In this document: in pieces, positions 63,765-64,000 of the stretch
How the letters are laid out: the number at the start of each line of letters is the position of its first letter
How positions within the stretch are numbered: the first letter of the stretch is position 1
NCBI RefSeq assembly: GCF_001194135.2
Contig: NC_068983.1
Span: 134,426,756-134,490,755 of the forward strand
Direction of reading: 5' to 3'
DNA: 64,000 nucleotides
Source of the DNA: Octopus bimaculoides
Lineage: Eukaryota
Notes under the pieces: generated by a model
The model's database searches: none
Seen by the model: only the letters and a program-made list of their open reading frames with translations
Told to the model about the DNA's origin: nothing
Translations under genes and position numbers: made by a program

Positions 63765-64000
63765 TGCCTTTGGAAATGTGCTGTGCGTGAGAAGACCCGG
63801 CAAGCCATGTGAGATCGTTGCCAGTGCCCCTGGACTGGCTCTTGTGCGGGTGGCACATAAGATGTACCATCCTGAGCGTGACCGTTGCCAGTGCCCCTGA
63901 ACTGGCTCTTGTGCGGGTGGCACATAAAAGACACCATTTTGAGCGTGGCCGTTTTCGTGCGGGTGACACGTAAAAGCACCCACTACACTCTCTGAGTGGT
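63765..64000 (+). mobile_element. RTE ORF end plus 3' UTR with 67-nt tandem units
   Basis: Same ORF end as 1620-1677; units start at 63816, 63883 and 63950. Confidence 0.85.

Noticed and set aside
63816-63975. Regularly spaced repeats resembling a CRISPR array
   Set aside because: The units are full tandem copies without unique spacers, belong to an RTE 3' UTR, and there are no cas genes in this eukaryotic locus.
63972-64000. The last 29 nt are identical to positions 1-29, suggesting a circular molecule or terminal direct repeat
   Set aside because: Both ends fall in the same high-copy RTE tail. Joining them would splice NDUFA6 exon 1 (phase 1) to a TNPO1 exon (phase 0) and leave both genes truncated, so this is coincidence or a repeat-edge effect.

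Overview
Eukaryotic, AT-rich, repeat-dense genomic DNA with several N-gaps. The SINE/RTE repeat families look like those of coleoid cephalopods (Octopus-like; recognised from memory, not searched). I assembled four protein-coding genes by hand from GT-AG exons. (1) NDUFA6/LYRM6, first coding exon only (-, 4551-4680). (2) TMEM234, intronless (+, 5026-5421), head-to-head with NDUFA6. (3) DNA ligase IV, LIG4 (+, 9297-31372): 17 visible coding exons giving 844 aa, with about 60 N-terminal aa not found. (4) The 3' half of transportin-1, TNPO1 (-, 62522 down to 38720): 11 coding exons giving 406 aa, followed by a spliced 3'-terminal exon starting at 37752 and convergent with LIG4. Introns are filled with RTE LINE fragments, tRNA-derived SINEs, TTAA/hAT/Tc1-mariner MITEs and long fold-back elements. 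There is no prokaryotic-type system or CRISPR array. The most unusual signals are all at the 3' end of TNPO1. One is a GC-rich terminal exon that reads in-frame as an RG/SYG-rich tail if the preceding exon is skipped. Another is an exon isolated between two large introns, with an RFX X-box-like motif and a 138-nt AG-free zone at its acceptor. A third is a set of long intronic hairpins and inverted repeats that could be ADAR or circRNA substrates. All functional readings are hypotheses; repeat boundaries are approximate.
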